Position numbers and translations under genes: made by a program. DNA of 64,000 nt from Sneathiella sp. (GTDB taxonomy: Bacteria > Pseudomonadota > Alphaproteobacteria > Sneathiellales > Sneathiellaceae). The notes below the pieces were generated by a model. That model was not told the DNA's origin, did not search any database, and saw only the letters and a program-made list of their open reading frames with translations. The DNA is taken from the NCBI GenBank assembly GCA_039975135.1, contig JBDWHS010000002.1:41479-105478 (forward strand). The letters are read 5' to 3'. Positions 63,977 through 64,000 of this stretch are shown in pieces. Every line of letters starts with the position of its first letter. The first letter of the stretch is position 1.

Positions 63977-64000
63977 GCCGTCAATAGTTGGCGAGGCCTT

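Overview
64-kb chromosomal window, roughly 50% GC by eye. It looks like a catabolism and transport region of a proteobacterium, possibly a marine alphaproteobacterium, though that guess rests only on how the proteins look. I support about 55 CDS, mostly in tightly coupled operons. I found no rRNA, tRNA, CRISPR array, transposase or integrase. Modules in order: (1) aldehyde dehydrogenase, Fe-alcohol dehydrogenase, EEP-fold hydrolase and an EamA exporter. (2) A LysR-controlled 2-aminoethylphosphonate (AEP) module: PhnS2/T2/U2-type ABC importer, a class-III aminotransferase-like gene (PbfA candidate), phnW and a Na/Pi-PhoU transporter. This module has no C-P cleaving enzyme. (3) GNAT, a membrane protein, ugpQ-like GDPD and ung. 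(4) A seven-gene translationally coupled operon: xanthine-dehydrogenase-family hydroxylase (FAD subunit plus fused 2Fe-2S/Mo subunit), a Cys4 protein I tentatively relate to 6-hydroxynicotinate reductase, a UPF0280-like protein, an 'amino acid synthesis' (AA_synth/DUF1185-like) protein, and ATP-dependent hydantoinase/oxoprolinase HyuA/HyuB. (5) dctPQM TRAP transporter with a DctB-like kinase and a DctD-like regulator that lacks the sigma-54 AAA+ domain. (6) A Liv-type ABC importer with an AmiC/urea-amide-type binding protein and a nicotinamidase-like hydrolase. (7) A PhnD-like periplasmic binding protein coupled to an orphan HAMP-PAS histidine kinase, directly upstream of phnA-phnY, which is the missing C-P cleavage branch of the AEP pathway. 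(8) LysR, enoyl-CoA hydratase and RidA. (9) Two secreted or lipoprotein hypotheticals. (10) YnjB-type ABC transporter plus ribokinase. (11) frmA-fghA formaldehyde detoxification, a GntR regulator and a beta-carbonic anhydrase. (12) paaABCDE and a GT4 glycosyltransferase. The best candidate for an undescribed system is the operon at 17.5-27.8 kb. I read it as an uncharacterised hydroxylate, reduce, then ATP-driven lactam-opening route for a pyridine-carboxylate (nicotinate-type) N-heterocycle, possibly fed by the amide importer and nicotinamidase at 33.6-39 kb. The second candidate is the PhnD-like binding protein and histidine kinase pair in front of phnAY, a possible phosphonate sensor. All family assignments come from reading the translations; no searches were run.
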